Assembly (NCBI GenBank): GCA_964490075.1
Contig: CAZBBK010000006.1
Coordinates: 62,001-126,000 of the forward strand
Length of the DNA: 64,000 nucleotides
Direction: 5' to 3'
Source: an uncultured Gemmatimonadota bacterium
Lineage (GTDB): Bacteria > GCA-2686955
Shown: piece by piece, positions 62,775-64,000 of the stretch
Numbering within the stretch: position 1 is the stretch's first letter
How the letters are laid out: each line of letters starts with the position of its first letter
Translations under genes and position numbers: made by a program
Notes under the pieces: model-generated
Seen by the model: only the letters and a program-made list of their open reading frames with translations
What the model was told of the DNA's origin: nothing
Databases searched by the model: none

Positions 62775-64000
62775 ATGTCTGGATCGTTTCGTCGGTGGAC
62801 GCCGGCAAGGCCGGCTCGCCGGACGCGTCTCGTTGCGCTCATCGCCCTGGGGAGCGCCGTCCCCGCACTGGGCGAAGGACTGCTCGTCGAAGGGCTGGGA
62901 GAGGATTTCCAGCACAACTGGGACGGCATGGGGGTGCAGGCATTCTTCATCTCGTCGATCAACGGCGACGAGATTCCCGAGATCGTCACCGGCGCCCATT
63001 GCAGCGACTGCCACGGCAGCAACTCCGGCAGCATCACGGTGTTCGACGGCGCTCCCGACGTTTTCGGCGTGCACCAGGTGCTGTGGCGGGTGAATGGGGA
63101 CTCGGCCGAGGATCAGCTCGGCGAGTCGGCGGATCACTGCGGCGATGTCGACGGCGACGGCTTCGACGACATCATCGTGGGCGCCCGCAACGACGATGTC
63201 GGTCTCGTCAACAACGGCAGCGTCGCCGTCCTGTCGGGGGTCGACGGCGCACGGATTCACACTTTCTACGGCACCGGCGAGGGAGGCCTGTTCGGCGCCT
63301 CGGTGGCGGGGGTGGGAGATATCACCGGGGATGGAGTCCCCGATTTCGCGGTCGGAGCGCCGACCGACCGCGGCGCGGGCTCGGTCAGCCTCTTCTCGGG
63401 CGGCGACGGATCGCTGATCGTCCGCTATGCCGGAATCGCGAAGTCGCGGCTCGGCGAGTCGGTGGCGGGCGCGGCCGACCTGAACGACGATGGTGTTCCC
63501 GAGATCTTGGTGGGCGCACCACGGGCCGAGAACAAAGCGGGACGGATCTACGTCCTCGACGGGCGGGCGGCGGGCACCGGCGCCCCGCGCGGCCAGGTGG
63601 CGCTCTACACCCGGCTCGGGCGAGAGAGGGAGCAGCTCGGCTACACCGTCGGCGCGGTCGGCGACCTGAACGGCGACGGCATCAACGACATCTCCGCGGG
63701 GGCGCCCGGCAACGACCTGGTGCGCTTCTACTCGGGCGTCGACGGAATCACCCTCTTCGCCGCCAAGGGGCGCGGCGCGGACGGAGGCAACGAAGGGCGG
63801 CTGGACGGTTTCGGCCACACCGCGGCCACTTCGGTGGGAGACGTGGACCACGACTCGGTGGAGGACTTCGTCATCGGCGTCCCCTTCTACGACGACACCG
63901 CCTTCGCCGCCACCGGCATCGCCTACGTCTACTCGGGCGCGACGGGCGGCGTGATCCGCACGCTGCAGCGTTTCCTCGACCAGGACGACTATTACGGCTC
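62775..64000 (+). CDS. FG-GAP (integrin-alpha-like beta-propeller) repeat protein, runs off the window end
   Basis: Not in the ORF track (no stop before 64000). ATG 62775, signal-like N-terminus, repeats GDVDGDGFDDIIVGA, FGASVAGVGDITGDGVPDFAVGAP, DLNDDGVPEILVGAP. Confidence 0.88.
   Translation, partial: MSGSFRRWTPARPARRTRLVALIALGSAVPALGEGLLVEGLGEDFQHNWDGMGVQAFFISSINGDEIPEIVTGAHCSDCHGSNSGSITVFDGAPDVFGVHQVLWRVNGDSAEDQLGESADHCGDVDGDGFDDIIVGARNDDVGLVNNGSVAVLSGVDGARIHTFYGTGEGGLFGASVAGVGDITGDGVPDFAVGAPTDRGAGSVSLFSGGDGSLIVRYAGIAKSRLGESVAGAADLNDDGVPEILVGAPRAENKAGRIYVLDGRAAGTGAPRGQVALYTRLGREREQLGYTVGAVGDLNGDGINDISAGAPGNDLVRFYSGVDGITLFAAKGRGADGGNEGRLDGFGHTAATSVGDVDHDSVEDFVIGVPFYDDTAFAATGIAYVYSGATGGVIRTLQRFLDQDDYYG

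Overview
High-GC bacterial window with no rRNA, tRNA, CRISPR array or transposase that I could recognise. Housekeeping and envelope genes include ldcA-mpl, a flippase, a GT4-GNAT fusion, sdhCAB, a Yej/Opp-type peptide ABC transporter, an S12 serine hydrolase and a GT2-DUF4922-SpoIID triad. The best candidate for an undescribed system is a tightly packed + strand run at 17728-30987: ECF sigma, soluble zinc-finger anti-sigma, TPR-CHAT caspase-like protease, S8 protease, second ECF sigma, second anti-sigma, unknown protein, Ycf46-like AAA ATPase, SNF2 helicase, and a YqhG-like protein with about 17 tandem 15-residue Cys/His zinc-binding repeats. An identically spaced motif, GTATCC-N16-CGACC, precedes both the first anti-sigma gene and the S8 gene and looks like the cognate ECF promoter. 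Other notable items are a secreted protein resembling the plant XLG/EDR4 domain, a SWIM-SWIM-SNF2 protein with a HEPN-like tail, a 192-bp inverted-repeat element that supplies that gene's stop codon, a palindromic operator over the DUF2089 promoter, a decayed exopolysaccharide export operon, and single-base losses in G runs that are probably sequencing errors. All family assignments come from motif recognition by eye; no database search was run.
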